Assembly (NCBI GenBank): GCA_965215565.1
Contig: CBDCDZ010000004.1
Span: 1,696,001 to 1,760,000 of the forward strand
DNA from: Trueperaceae bacterium
GTDB taxonomy: Bacteria; Deinococcota; Deinococci; Deinococcales; Trueperaceae
Length of the DNA stretch: 64,000 bases
Reading direction: 5' to 3'
This document shows positions 40,636 to 50,158 of this stretch, piece after piece (position 1 is the first letter of the stretch; every line of letters begins with the position of its first letter). The notes under the pieces are model-generated. The model searched no databases. It worked only from the letters and a program-made list of their open reading frames with translations, and was not told where the DNA came from. The translations under genes were made by a program, and so were the position numbers.

Positions 40636-40725
40636 GTATAAGGTGGATTCGCTAAGGCAACAGGCGTGGTTGAGCAACTTGAAAAGACAGAATCCTCGGG
40701 CAAAACTCGAGAACCGCGCCGACCT

Positions 40726-42705
40726 TCACGGTAGCGAGCGGAGCACCTGCGCGTTCTGCGCTGCACCCCGCCCGCGCTCCAGTAGGATACAGCAAGCCGC
40801 GTCGTAGTCGCGCACACCGTAGTCGCCCGCCTCGAGCAACGCGGCGAGTTGCTCTATCGTGTCCTCCCTCGAGCTAGGCCAGTAGTTCGCCCCCGGACGC
40901 AAGTCCATCAGCACCATGTCCACCTCTTTAGCGTGCGGAAGCATCTGCACGGTGTCCCTCGCCGAAAGGTGCGGCACGAACGTGCCCGTCGCCGCGACGC
41001 TCGCACGGGGCGGAATCCGCGCCAGCATCGCGTAGAGCTTCCCTTGGAAGGGCGTCGGCGCGTGGACGACGCTGCGCCTAGTCAAGAGCAGTTCGGCGGG
41101 CGGCAAAGCACCATACTGATAATTCATAAGCAGGCTCGAGGCAAAAAGCGCCGCTGCGAGCCCCACATGGTGGACGCGCGGCACCTTGCCGAGCCCCTTC
41201 GCCGCCAGAAAGAACACGAGCGGGATGACCACGGCGGGGTACTGATTGCCGATGTCGAACTGTCCCCGGAAGGAGGAGAGAAGCGCGGTGGCGAGCGCGG
41301 GTAGAATCACGAGCCACGCCCGCCCCGCCACGAGGGGCAAGAAGAGCACGGGGACGAAGAGGTAGCCCAGATACGCGAGCTTATGCGGATTGCCGAGGAT
41401 GTAAGTGAGCACGTAGAGCGGGTTCGTGAGCCCGGTCAAGGCGACGCCCACGAGCCCTTCGGAACCGGGCGCTACCACGTCCCCGAAGCGCCCTGCGATG
41501 AGGTTGTAGTCGCCGCTGCCGAAGTGAGGGATGAGCACCTCGACGATGACGAAAAAGGCGGCTGTACACACCGCCGTCACCGCGAACCCGAGCATGTAGC
41601 GCTTTTGAGCGAGAATATAGAGCCCGATGGCCGCGCCCGTCAAAGGGACATCCTCTTTGATGAGTAGCGAGAGAACGAGGAAGAGCCAGAAGAAAGGTAG
41701 GCGGTTCGTCTCGAGAAAGAGAAGCGTCAACAGTAAAAAGAGCGGCGCGAGCGCCACCTCGTGAAAGTGAAAGGTGTTGACGCCGTGCAGCGCGGCGAAG
41801 AGCAGGTAGCTCACGCTCAGCGTGAGCGCGAGCAGCGTGCGCCGCGTGAGGTGGAGCGTAAGGAGATAGAGGACGACTGCGCCCGAGCCGAGTAAGACGC
41901 TCTGCAACACGAGGAGCGTGCGGGCGTCTTGGTAGAGCGCATAAAAAGGCGTGAGCAAGTAGAGCGCGGGCGAGAAGTGGACGCTCCAAAAGCTCTCGGG
42001 CGGGTTGTGAACGACGGTAAAGAGCATCTCGCCTCGCTGCGCTGCGTAGTACATCACCTGGTCAAAGATGCCTAAGTCAAAGGCGTGGGTGTGAAAGGCG
42101 TTGTGACCAGACACGGTGAAGACGCTGAAGTAGACGCTGTACCCGAGGCTCGAGAGGGCGACGAGCGCGAGACCTCCGCGCCAGCGCCACTTAGCTTTAG
42201 GATAGACGTTGACCTCTTCGTCTACACCGCGCTCAGCACCACGCAACGTCTGAGCCGCTCGAGCCTCAACCCTCTTCCCTCTCGTCGCCTGAATCTCCCT
42301 GACGGCTAGGTAAAGAAGCCCGCTCGCACATAGGGTTAGGAAAAAGGTCAGAAAGCGGTGGGTATTCCCTAAGTTGGGCAGGAGGAGCGCGGGCAGCAGG
42401 ACTCCGGGGACGAGCAGCGAAAGCCAGGCGGCGACGTGTTGGGGTGCGTACTCAGCTTCTCTCGTTCTCATAAGCATGTGTGACGTTGCCAACCACAGGG
42501 CATAGGCGGAAGCGACACCGCCACCTAAATAACCCAGTAGTTCGCTACGTTCACCTAAAGGAAGCTGATTTTTCAGAATGAAAGGCGTAAGCTGCGCCCC
42601 GTGTAGCGCTGCCCACACTGCGAAACCAGCCGAAAATCCTGCTGCTAAAACGTAGATAAAGTAGCGCGGCGCAGTGCGCCCTAGCCTCCGTAAAACCATC
42701 TTCAT
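40726..42705 (-). CDS. DUF2079-like polytopic membrane protein (GT-C-like glycosyltransferase)
   Basis: FDLGIFDQ, HFSP, FHEV, KED motifs in a multi-TM protein. Confidence 0.8.
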   Translation of the reverse strand: MKMVLRRLGRTAPRYFIYVLAAGFSAGFAVWAALHGAQLTPFILKNQLPLGERSELLGYLGGGVASAYALWLATSHMLMRTREAEYAPQHVAAWLSLLVPGVLLPALLLPNLGNTHRFLTFFLTLCASGLLYLAVREIQATRGKRVEARAAQTLRGAERGVDEEVNVYPKAKWRWRGGLALVALSSLGYSVYFSVFTVSGHNAFHTHAFDLGIFDQVMYYAAQRGEMLFTVVHNPPESFWSVHFSPALYLLTPFYALYQDARTLLVLQSVLLGSGAVVLYLLTLHLTRRTLLALTLSVSYLLFAALHGVNTFHFHEVALAPLFLLLTLLFLETNRLPFFWLFLVLSLLIKEDVPLTGAAIGLYILAQKRYMLGFAVTAVCTAAFFVIVEVLIPHFGSGDYNLIAGRFGDVVAPGSEGLVGVALTGLTNPLYVLTYILGNPHKLAYLGYLFVPVLFLPLVAGRAWLVILPALATALLSSFRGQFDIGNQYPAVVIPLVFFLAAKGLGKVPRVHHVGLAAALFASSLLMNYQYGALPPAELLLTRRSVVHAPTPFQGKLYAMLARIPPRASVAATGTFVPHLSARDTVQMLPHAKEVDMVLMDLRPGANYWPSSREDTIEQLAALLEAGDYGVRDYDAACCILLERGRGAAQNAQVLRSLP

Positions 42706-42746
42706 CCCCCCGGATTCGCCCCTTGAATTTACTTCATGTACCCTCT

Positions 42747-43691
42747 TTAGGCTTGCGACACCTGCTTAGGCTGCTCGAGACCCAAGAGCACCCCCGCCCC
42801 GATAATGACCGCGAACCAGAGCGTCGCCAAACGGCACAAAATCACCGCAGCGCCCGCGTCCGCTTGTTCGGTGCCGAGCGCTAACAGCAGGAGCACCATG
42901 ACCGCTTCGGTGCTGCCCAAGCCCCCCGGCAAAAAGGACAGCGCCCCTACCGTCACTCCGAGCGAGTAGATGCCGACGCCAGCGACGAAGGTGGCGGGCA
43001 ACCCCATCCACGCGAGGATGAGGTAGAACGCCACCCCTTCCGCGCCCCACGCGAGCAGACTGAGACCCAAACCGCCCCAGAGGTAGCGGGGGGTGAGGAG
43101 GCTTTGCGCGGCTTCCATCATGTCCAGCGCGTGACCTGCGGGGCGCGCCAGCTTGTCGGGCAAGCGTTTTACGAGTTTGTCGCGGAGGAAAACTCTTGCG
43201 GCGCGGCTCTGCAACACGAGGATGAGCAGCGCTACAGCCGCGACGCTCAGCACGATAAAAACGATGTACTTGCCGAAGAACCACCCGCCCAAAGACGACA
43301 AGAGGACAATCGCCGCGAGGTCCGAGAGCCGCTCGACGAAGAGCGCCGATAAACTTTGCGGATAGGGGACGCCGTGCCGCTTGAGGTACAGTGAGCGCAC
43401 CGCCTCGCCCGCTTTGCCGGGCGTCGTCGTGAAGGCGAAGCCAGCGAGATAGTAACGGAACGACGCGCCGCGGGGCACGTCATAACCCAGGCGCGACAAG
43501 TACAGTTGCCAGCGTACAAAGCGCAACGCGTAGTTCACGAGCGACAAGCCCAAAACGAGCACGACGCCGCCGACGCCGAGCTTGGAAATTGCCGCCACCG
43601 TCTCGTCCCAACCGTTCCAAATCGCGAAGCCTACGTACGCCAGCACCGCCAAGAGCGCCGTGTAGATGAGCGGCTTGATCTTGCCTTCCAT
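42747..43691 (-). CDS. flippase-like membrane protein (UPF0104 / LPG synthase TM family)
   Basis: RFVRW, TPGKAGEAVR, VERLSD, PGGLGSTEA, RLATLW. Confidence 0.88.
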   Translation of the reverse strand: MEGKIKPLIYTALLAVLAYVGFAIWNGWDETVAAISKLGVGGVVLVLGLSLVNYALRFVRWQLYLSRLGYDVPRGASFRYYLAGFAFTTTPGKAGEAVRSLYLKRHGVPYPQSLSALFVERLSDLAAIVLLSSLGGWFFGKYIVFIVLSVAAVALLILVLQSRAARVFLRDKLVKRLPDKLARPAGHALDMMEAAQSLLTPRYLWGGLGLSLLAWGAEGVAFYLILAWMGLPATFVAGVGIYSLGVTVGALSFLPGGLGSTEAVMVLLLLALGTEQADAGAAVILCRLATLWFAVIIGAGVLLGLEQPKQVSQA

Positions 43692-43710
43692 CAGCAGGGT
43701 CCCCTCGCCA

Positions 43711-44448
43711 TCAGAGCTTGAGCCGCTTGAAAAGAGGCTCGGGCACGGCGCGAATGAGCAGCATGACAGCGCGCCAGAAAGGGGGTAAGTACACGATCTC
43801 TCGTCCCTGCTCCACCGCTTTAACGATTCCCGCCGCCACCCTCTCCGGCTGCGCGAAGAGGGCATTTTTGTCGATGTCTTTAGTCATGGGCGTATCCACG
43901 AAACCCGGCTTGATGGTGATAACCGAAACGCCCGCCGGGTGGAGGCGGTTGCGGAGCCCTTGTAAGAAGAGGCTCACGCCGCCCTTCGCCGTCCCGTAGA
44001 GGTAGTTACTCTGCCTGCCTCTATCGCCCGCTACGGATGAGATGACCGCGATGAAACCGCCGCGCTGCGCTTCGAACTGGTTGGCGAGGGGCGTTAAGAG
44101 CGAGACGACGCTCAGGAAGTTGGTTTTGAGTTCCCTTTCGGCTACGGCGAACTCCGCTTCACACGCCTTTTGGTCAGGAAGCGTGCCGTGCGCGATGAGG
44201 ACGCCGTCTAGGCCGTCCAACGCCTCGTTCGCCTCCAGGATGAGAGGTTCGTGCCTCTCAAAGTCGTTCACGTCGAGTACGGCGCACGCCACTTTCGCCG
44301 CGCCGCGTACGCGCAGGTCTTGGGCGACGGCGTCCAACTTCGCTCCGTCACGCGCTACTAGAAAGAGGCTCTCCCCCGTTGCAGCAAACCTTTTAGAAAC
44401 CTCTTGCGCAATGGCAGACGTCGCGCCGACGACTAAAATACGCCTCAC
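43711..44448 (-). CDS. DprE2-like SDR (polyprenylphosphoryl-2-keto-pentose reductase)
   Basis: VGATSAIA, SSVAGDRGRQSNYLYGTAK, KPGFVDTPMT; GTGA overlap with the DprE1-like gene. Confidence 0.85.
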   Translation of the reverse strand: MRRILVVGATSAIAQEVSKRFAATGESLFLVARDGAKLDAVAQDLRVRGAAKVACAVLDVNDFERHEPLILEANEALDGLDGVLIAHGTLPDQKACEAEFAVAERELKTNFLSVVSLLTPLANQFEAQRGGFIAVISSVAGDRGRQSNYLYGTAKGGVSLFLQGLRNRLHPAGVSVITIKPGFVDTPMTKDIDKNALFAQPERVAAGIVKAVEQGREIVYLPPFWRAVMLLIRAVPEPLFKRLKL

Positions 44449-45749
44449 GAGCCGACGCCTTCTTGCGTGACGCGCCGCCAAAAGCTCGAGGAAAACTGCG
44501 GGTCCACATATTGCGCAAACTCGCGCCACTGCGGATAGAAGCGCTGGAAGCTTTCCAGCGACATCCGCGCGTCCTTCGCCGGGTAGACGCGCCCGCCGCT
44601 CTCTGCGATGACCTCGTCGAGGTGCTCTAAAAGCGCCAACAACCTCTCTTGGTAGGGGAAGTCGAGCGCCAGCGTCACCCCTTGGCGCGGAAAGGACATC
44701 ATGCCGGGTGAGGGCAGCGAGCCAAACATTTTGAGCACCGCTAAAAATGAGCCCATGCCCGAGGCGGCGATCTCTTCAAAAATCCTGCGAATCACGCGCG
44801 TATCCCCGTCAAAGGGCAGGACGAACTGATACTGCAAGAAGCCGCGCTTACCGTAGATGCGGTTCCAGTTGCCGATGCTGTCGAGCGGGTAGAAGAAGGG
44901 CTCGTAGTGCTGCCTAGAGCGCACGACTTTCTGCCGCTGCTTGTGGTAGTAGAGCACGTTGAACGTCTTCATTGTCAGGTTGTTGAGGAGCACGTTGGGC
45001 GCGTCCATCGGCACGCTGAAAAGCTGCTTACCCTTCGTGGTCAACTCGCCCACTTCCGCGTGGTTGCCGCGCATCAAAAGACCGCGCCCGAGGCTATCCC
45101 CCTGCGCCAAGCAGTCCACCCACGCCACGGTGTAGTCAAACGCTTCGTCAGACTCGGCGGAGCGCTCAAAGAATTCGTCAAGGTTCGCAAACTTCACCGT
45201 CTCCACGTCGAAGAAGGCGTTTTTGACCCTTTTGAGCGCGACTTCGGCCCAGAGGATGAGCCCCGTTAAGCCGAGCCCGCCGATGGTGGCGCGAAACAGC
45301 TCAGCGTTCTCGTTTTCGGAACAGATCAAGCGCTGACCGTCCGAACGCAAAAGTTCAAAGCGCGTCACGTGCCGCCCGAACGTTCCGGCGCGGTGGTGGT
45401 TCTTGCCGTGAATGTCGTTCGCGATTGCGCCCGCCACAGAGACGTATTTCGTACCAGGACTGACGGGCAAAAACCAGCCTTGCGGCACGGCGAACTTCAA
45501 AATCTGCTCTAAGCTCACGCCCGCTTCGGCGCGTAAGATGCCCGTTTCCGCGTCGAAGGCGATGAAGCGGTCCAGCTTCGTCGTGTCGAGCAGGACGCCG
45601 CCGTCGTTCAAGCAGCTATCGCCGTAGCTCCTGCCGTGCCCGTAAGGGAGCACCGAGGTCTCGCCCGTCGGCAACGTTTCATCGCGCCAACTCATCTGCT
45701 GGATGGTTTCGTCGGTTTTCGGGTAGTTGCCCCAGGATTTATAAGCCAT
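44445..45749 (-). CDS. DprE1-like FAD oxidoreductase (polyprenylphosphoryl-ribose 2'-oxidase)
   Basis: GRSYGD, PGTKYVSVAGAIANDIHGKNHH, GFLQYQ, FLAVLK, GRVYPAKD. Confidence 0.9.
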   Translation of the reverse strand: MAYKSWGNYPKTDETIQQMSWRDETLPTGETSVLPYGHGRSYGDSCLNDGGVLLDTTKLDRFIAFDAETGILRAEAGVSLEQILKFAVPQGWFLPVSPGTKYVSVAGAIANDIHGKNHHRAGTFGRHVTRFELLRSDGQRLICSENENAELFRATIGGLGLTGLILWAEVALKRVKNAFFDVETVKFANLDEFFERSAESDEAFDYTVAWVDCLAQGDSLGRGLLMRGNHAEVGELTTKGKQLFSVPMDAPNVLLNNLTMKTFNVLYYHKQRQKVVRSRQHYEPFFYPLDSIGNWNRIYGKRGFLQYQFVLPFDGDTRVIRRIFEEIAASGMGSFLAVLKMFGSLPSPGMMSFPRQGVTLALDFPYQERLLALLEHLDEVIAESGGRVYPAKDARMSLESFQRFYPQWREFAQYVDPQFSSSFWRRVTQEGVGS

Positions 45750-45808
45750 TGAGTGTCTCCATCTTTTAGTTCTGAATGAGCATTGAGCGCTTAATTGACT
45801 GAGAGGCA

Positions 45809-45878
45809 GTTAGCTCTTAGCGTTTAGCTGTTAGCAAAAGCGTTTAAGCTAACCGCTAATGGCTAACGGCTAAAAGCT
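45809..45878. repeat. inverted heptamer array, same family as 8880-8964
   Basis: gttagct cttagcg tttagct gttagca aaagcgtttaa gctaacc gctaatg gctaacg gctaaaa. Confidence 0.85.
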
Positions 45879-45916
45879 TCCGAAAAGAGGGTGAAAACGA
45901 AACAAGATTGGTATCC

Positions 45917-47377
45917 TTAAAAGTTCCAACTCGCCGCCACTGCTACTAACGCGGCGCTTATCCCGACAGCGTAACTCACGCGGTCTTTGAGCGCAAAGAC
46001 TACCGGGTCATCGTGCATCTCGCCGCGGCGCGCCAAGAGCCAAACGCGGCTTATCCAGTAGAGCATCAAAGGGCAGATAAGCCATAGCGCACCGGGCACA
46101 GTGTAGAGCGTCATCACGGCGTCGCTGCTGATGTAGAGCGCCATGACGAGAACGGAGATGTAGCCGCTCGCCGCGCCCAAACTCGCTAGTTGTTCTAAGT
46201 CGCCGACCATGTAGCCTCGAGCCCGCGCCTTACTGTCACCCTGCGCGTGGAGCGCCCTGAGTTCCGAAAAACGCTTGACGAAGGCGAGGCTCAAAAAGAA
46301 GAACATCGAAAAGGCTAAGAGCCAGGGCGAAATGGTGATACCTGTCGCCGCCGCGCCGCCTACAATGCGCACCGTGTAGAGCCCCGCGAGCAAAATGACA
46401 TCTAAAAGCGCAACTTGCTTGATGTAGAACGAGTACGACACCGTGAGGACGAGGTAGCCGAGGAGGAGCAGGAAGAAGGTTGGCGGCAGAAAGAGGGCGA
46501 CAGCGAGCCCGGCGAGTAAAAAGAGAGGCGTCACCGCGAAACCCAGCTTGAGCGGCAGCGCGCCCGACGCAAAAGGCCGAAAGCGCTTGCGGTGATGCCG
46601 CCGGTCAGCCGCCAAGTCGAGCATATCGTTCGTGAGGTAGACCGACGAGGCGCAGAGCCCAAAGGCGACGAAAGCGAGCGTGGCTTGCCCGAGAAGCTGC
46701 ACGTTGAAAATCTGGTGTGCGGTTACGAGCGGCACGAAGAGTAGCGCGTTTTTAGCCCATTGGTGGAGGCGCGCCGCTTTGAGGACGAGCTGCCAGGTGG
46801 GTTTTCGGGGTTCTGCGAAGACGTGGCTGACTTGGGTGACCTCTCGAGCTTTGTCGGCGAGAGAACGGCTGGGGCTGACGACTATCCCTTCCGCCGCGCC
46901 GCGCCACACCTTGAGGTCAACCTCGGCGTTGCCTGCATAGGCGAACGTGCCGTACTTCTCTCTGAGAACGTCCAACTTGCCTCCGCCCGCCCGGTTCACG
47001 CCGCCATCGCTCGCCACGACTTCGCCAAAGAGCCCGATGTGCTCGGCAATCTGCGCCGCAACCTTTCGGTCTGCCGCCGTCGCTAAGACGAGCGTGCGTC
47101 CCCTAGCGCGCTCGTCTTGCAGATAGGCGATAAGCGGCTCGTCATAGGGCAAGCTCGCCGGGTCGATTTCGACACGCTTACTTACCTCTTGCTTGAGGTG
47201 CGCCTTGCCGCGCCGCAACCAGAAGGGCAGCATCAAGAGGTAGAGCGGGTTTTTCTTGAGCAGCAGCAGCAGCGTTTCTAAGAGCATGTCCGTGCGGACG
47301 AGCGTACCGTCTAAGTCGACGCAGAGCGGCGTACGCGCCACCTGAGCGCGTCTTTCTTGCGTTGTAGGTTGAATCAT
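45917..47377 (-). CDS. HAD-like domain + UbiA-family polyprenyl-phosphate phosphoribosyltransferase
   Basis: VDLDGTL N-terminus; RLHQWAKN, YLTNDMLDLAADRRH..KRFRPFASG, HDDPVVFALKD. Confidence 0.9.
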   Translation of the reverse strand: MIQPTTQERRAQVARTPLCVDLDGTLVRTDMLLETLLLLLKKNPLYLLMLPFWLRRGKAHLKQEVSKRVEIDPASLPYDEPLIAYLQDERARGRTLVLATAADRKVAAQIAEHIGLFGEVVASDGGVNRAGGGKLDVLREKYGTFAYAGNAEVDLKVWRGAAEGIVVSPSRSLADKAREVTQVSHVFAEPRKPTWQLVLKAARLHQWAKNALLFVPLVTAHQIFNVQLLGQATLAFVAFGLCASSVYLTNDMLDLAADRRHHRKRFRPFASGALPLKLGFAVTPLFLLAGLAVALFLPPTFFLLLLGYLVLTVSYSFYIKQVALLDVILLAGLYTVRIVGGAAATGITISPWLLAFSMFFFLSLAFVKRFSELRALHAQGDSKARARGYMVGDLEQLASLGAASGYISVLVMALYISSDAVMTLYTVPGALWLICPLMLYWISRVWLLARRGEMHDDPVVFALKDRVSYAVGISAALVAVAASWNF

Positions 47378-47411
47378 TGAGCCCCCGGTGAAGTGAGTAA
47401 CGCGCGATTTC

Positions 47412-47685
47412 TAGCAGGTATCAAAGTCTGTCTCGCTAGTGCTCGGAGCTGGTTTGAGTGTACGAAGTTACTGTCGCGTGGTCCCGCTGTCGCACACGCT
47501 CCCGCTAGCCGCTAGGCGAAGCAACACTCTTACTACAACAAGCGGTGTTTAGCGCGCACATTATAAGATGATACCTTGTCGGTTATGGAATTTTCGCCTA
47601 GTGGGAGCGAAGCGACAAGGCGAAACTTCGTCCCTGCGGGCTTTCAGAAAGCGGACATTTGTCTCAGTATGTTTTGGAACTGCTA
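47412..47685 (+). mobile_element. TAGCAG-family MITE, 274 bp, with multiple nested inserts
   Basis: tagcaggtatca...ttggaactgcta, flanked by TTC/TTC. Confidence 0.88.
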
Positions 47686-48253
47686 TTCGAAGCGCAGTGC
47701 GGAAGTGATACCCTATAGGGCGCATACCTAGCTCACTATAAAACGCTTAGATGAAGAGCAGCTTATGAAGTAGCTTACGACGTAGCCTCAGGAAATGAGG
47801 CGTGACGATCTACTGAAACCTCGTTCAAACCTCTCATCTATATCATTTTGTCATTTTATTCTAATTTTCGAGGATACAAGTGCGCTGCAAGAAGATTCAA
47901 AAAAGCTTGTGTAGCACGGTAAAACTAACGACTCTTCCAGCAGGGAGTGAGCGTTTATGAGAATTTGTTAACTGAAGCATTAAGACAAGCCTTATGTGTT
48001 TTCGGAGTGAGTGGAGTAATATACATACATGAGTCTCTGCGCTGCCCAGCGCCCTGACTCCTCCGATGCGGCGGTTTTTCTTACCGGGGAGGCCACCCTA
48101 ACGACTGCTTAAAGCCGCCGCGTCTACTTATCTGCTACTTCGCACTGTTTTTTAGCAGCAGATAACCGCTCGAGACCCTAGCGAATTACTCTCTTTGTCT
48201 CTTCGGGACCTCTCGAGCTTCCTCAACCTCTTCGGAGCGTCACTCAAGGAGCA

Positions 48254-49414
48254 CTACGCTCCTACTACGAGTGACGCTTCAAACGTTTCGGCTAGGTGCG
48301 GCGCATCCATTATTTCTGCAAGGGACTCCATGAGTTTGAGGTAGTGCACCGCCCGCGCGTTCTCCCCCATTAGACCTAGACGCCAAATCTTTCCTGCCGT
48401 TTCACCTAAACCACCTGTGACGCTGATGCGGTAGTCGTTGCGAAGTTGCAAGCGCACCGCCGCGTCATCTAGGTCTGCAGGCAAGTTCACAGCGAGCACC
48501 GTCGGTAAGCGGTGCGGCTCGGGGATATAGGCGGAAAAACCGACTGTTTCCAGGGCGCTCAGCACGGCTTCACCCAACCACTCCACCCGCGCCGCACGCG
48601 CCTCCGCGCCCTCTTCTAAAGCCGCACGCACCGCCTCGCCCGTCGCCCAGTGGAGTTGCACCGGGACCGTGTGGTGATACTTGCGTCCGCCCCGCTCCGC
48701 CGACGCCCAGTAGCCGAGCATCCCTACCACGTCGCTGTACCACGTCGTCACGGGCGTCTGGCGCGCGCGAATTACCTCTAACGCGCGCTCGCTGAACGCC
48801 ACGGGCGCGAGCCCTGGCGGAGCCGAGAGGCACTTCTGCGAGCCCGTATAGGCGTAGTCGATGCCCCAGTCCGACATGCTGAAGGGGAGCATCCCCACCG
48901 TCGTCACCGCGTCCACCGAATAGAGCGCGCCTACCTCACACGCGATTTCGCCGATCTCCGGCACCGGGTTCATCACCCCTGTGCTCGTCTCGCCGTGAAC
49001 GGCGGCGACAAGTTTAGGCTGGACGCGCCGCGCCGCCTCTCTTACCGCGTCCAAGTCGATAGGACAGCCAGGCGCAAAACGCACGGTCTCGACCTCTGCG
49101 CCCAAACGCGACGCCATCTCCACCATGCGCTCGCCGAAGACGCCGTTCGAGACGATGAGGACGCGGTCACGAGGCTCCAAGAGGTTCGCGAAGCCCGCCT
49201 CCATCCCGAGCGAGCCCGTCCCCGACAAGAGGCTCGTGAACCCTGCGCCGTTCGTGCCGTAGAGCGCGTGCAAATCCTCCACCACGCGGTCGTTGTAGGC
49301 GAAGACCTCCGGGTCCATGTGCCCGAGCATGGGCCAGCACAGCGCGGCGGCGGCGCGAGGGTGAATCGGAGTAGGACCGGGGGTGAGTAAGAGCACGGGC
49401 TGTGGGTGGTTCAT
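48254..49414 (-). CDS. class V aminotransferase (alanine-glyoxylate/serine-pyruvate family)
   Basis: [35 protein letters not shown]. Confidence 0.93.
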   Translation of the reverse strand: MNHPQPVLLLTPGPTPIHPRAAAALCWPMLGHMDPEVFAYNDRVVEDLHALYGTNGAGFTSLLSGTGSLGMEAGFANLLEPRDRVLIVSNGVFGERMVEMASRLGAEVETVRFAPGCPIDLDAVREAARRVQPKLVAAVHGETSTGVMNPVPEIGEIACEVGALYSVDAVTTVGMLPFSMSDWGIDYAYTGSQKCLSAPPGLAPVAFSERALEVIRARQTPVTTWYSDVVGMLGYWASAERGGRKYHHTVPVQLHWATGEAVRAALEEGAEARAARVEWLGEAVLSALETVGFSAYIPEPHRLPTVLAVNLPADLDDAAVRLQLRNDYRISVTGGLGETAGKIWRLGLMGENARAVHYLKLMESLAEIMDAPHLAETFEASLVVGA

Positions 49415-49452
49415 GGGTTTATCCTTTTCTGTCCCTCAAAAGGCACATCTCA

Positions 49453-49597
49453 TACGGATTCCGATAACTACTACATAAACTCCTTCGGAGTTGATTCCGT
49501 CCCTTTCAGGGGTACTCCGTGAAAATTATCGGAACCCGTAGTCTTTTCAACTCGCTCTGCTCGGGTTAATTCCTTTAGGAATTAACCCGAAACGGTA
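49453..49597. mobile_element. Deinococcus SRE-like MITE
   Basis: TACGGATTCCGATAA...TTATCGGAACCCGTA...CTCGCTCTGCTCGGGTTAATTCC-GGAATTAACCCGA...GGTA, flanked by TCA/TCA. Confidence 0.75.
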
Positions 49598-49602
49598 TCA
49601 TT

Positions 49603-49637
49603 AAAAGAAAAGCGACCTCACCACTAAGGCGGGTCGT
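49603..49637 (-). terminator. intrinsic terminator upstream of the aminotransferase (candidate attenuator)
   Basis: minus strand CGACCCGCC-TTAGT-GGTGAGGTCG-CTTTTCTTTT. Confidence 0.65.
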
Positions 49638-49673
49638 TAGATTGCACGATGAGCCATAAAAGCGCATCGCAGG

Positions 49674-49703
49674 CTAGTTAGCTCGCTGGGTAGAGCCGTT
49701 CAT
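49674..49703 (-). CDS. candidate leaderless leader peptide MNGSTQRAN
   Basis: TAGACT -10 box exactly 6 nt before ATG; followed by two hairpins and a U-tract. Confidence 0.45.
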   Translation of the reverse strand: MNGSTQRAN

Positions 49704-49755
49704 GGGGATAGTCTACACAACTGAGTAAGTTGTGTAAAGTGGAATGGCTTACAGG

Positions 49756-50121
49756 TTAGGGAAGTGTGAAGGTTTCCGTGACGCTATTCACGTTGGCTGT
49801 GTAGGTGCCGCTCGAGAGTTTCCCATCAAGCACAACCTCTTCTGTAAAGGGCGGCGCTTCAGGCGTGCAGGTTTGATCCGCGGGCTCCGTTTCGGTGATG
49901 CTCACGAAAAACGTGTCTCCCTCGCGGCGCTGCTCGGTTTCGTGCAAGGTTGCGCAGCCGCTCGAGAGAAAGCCGTACACCGTGATCCGGACACTCGCAG
50001 GATTAGTTGACACAATCGCCACTTCTATACGCTCGACCGTCGCGTCTCGAACCGTTTGACCTTGCGTACAAGCGCCGAGAAGAGCACCTAAAAGAAGGAG
50101 TACCGTTATCTTTCGAATCAT
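49756..50121 (-). CDS. putative lipoprotein
   Basis: MIRKITVLLLLGALLGA-C lipobox; small beta-rich domain with two further Cys. Confidence 0.8.
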   Translation of the reverse strand: MIRKITVLLLLGALLGACTQGQTVRDATVERIEVAIVSTNPASVRITVYGFLSSGCATLHETEQRREGDTFFVSITETEPADQTCTPEAPPFTEEVVLDGKLSSGTYTANVNSVTETFTLP

Positions 50122-50158
50122 CTTTTCCTCCAGATCGTTACAGTAGACTTGCAAAAGT

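Noticed and set aside
37398..44529. N-terminal extensions in the ORF track (39524, 43865, 44529; also 34601, 8887, 1357)
   Set aside because: Extensions overlap neighbouring genes or repeats; downstream starts fit RBS, overlap and family N-termini better
48030..48250. Glycine, ZTP or preQ1 riboswitch
   Set aside because: Only fragmentary word matches; the required conserved cores are absent
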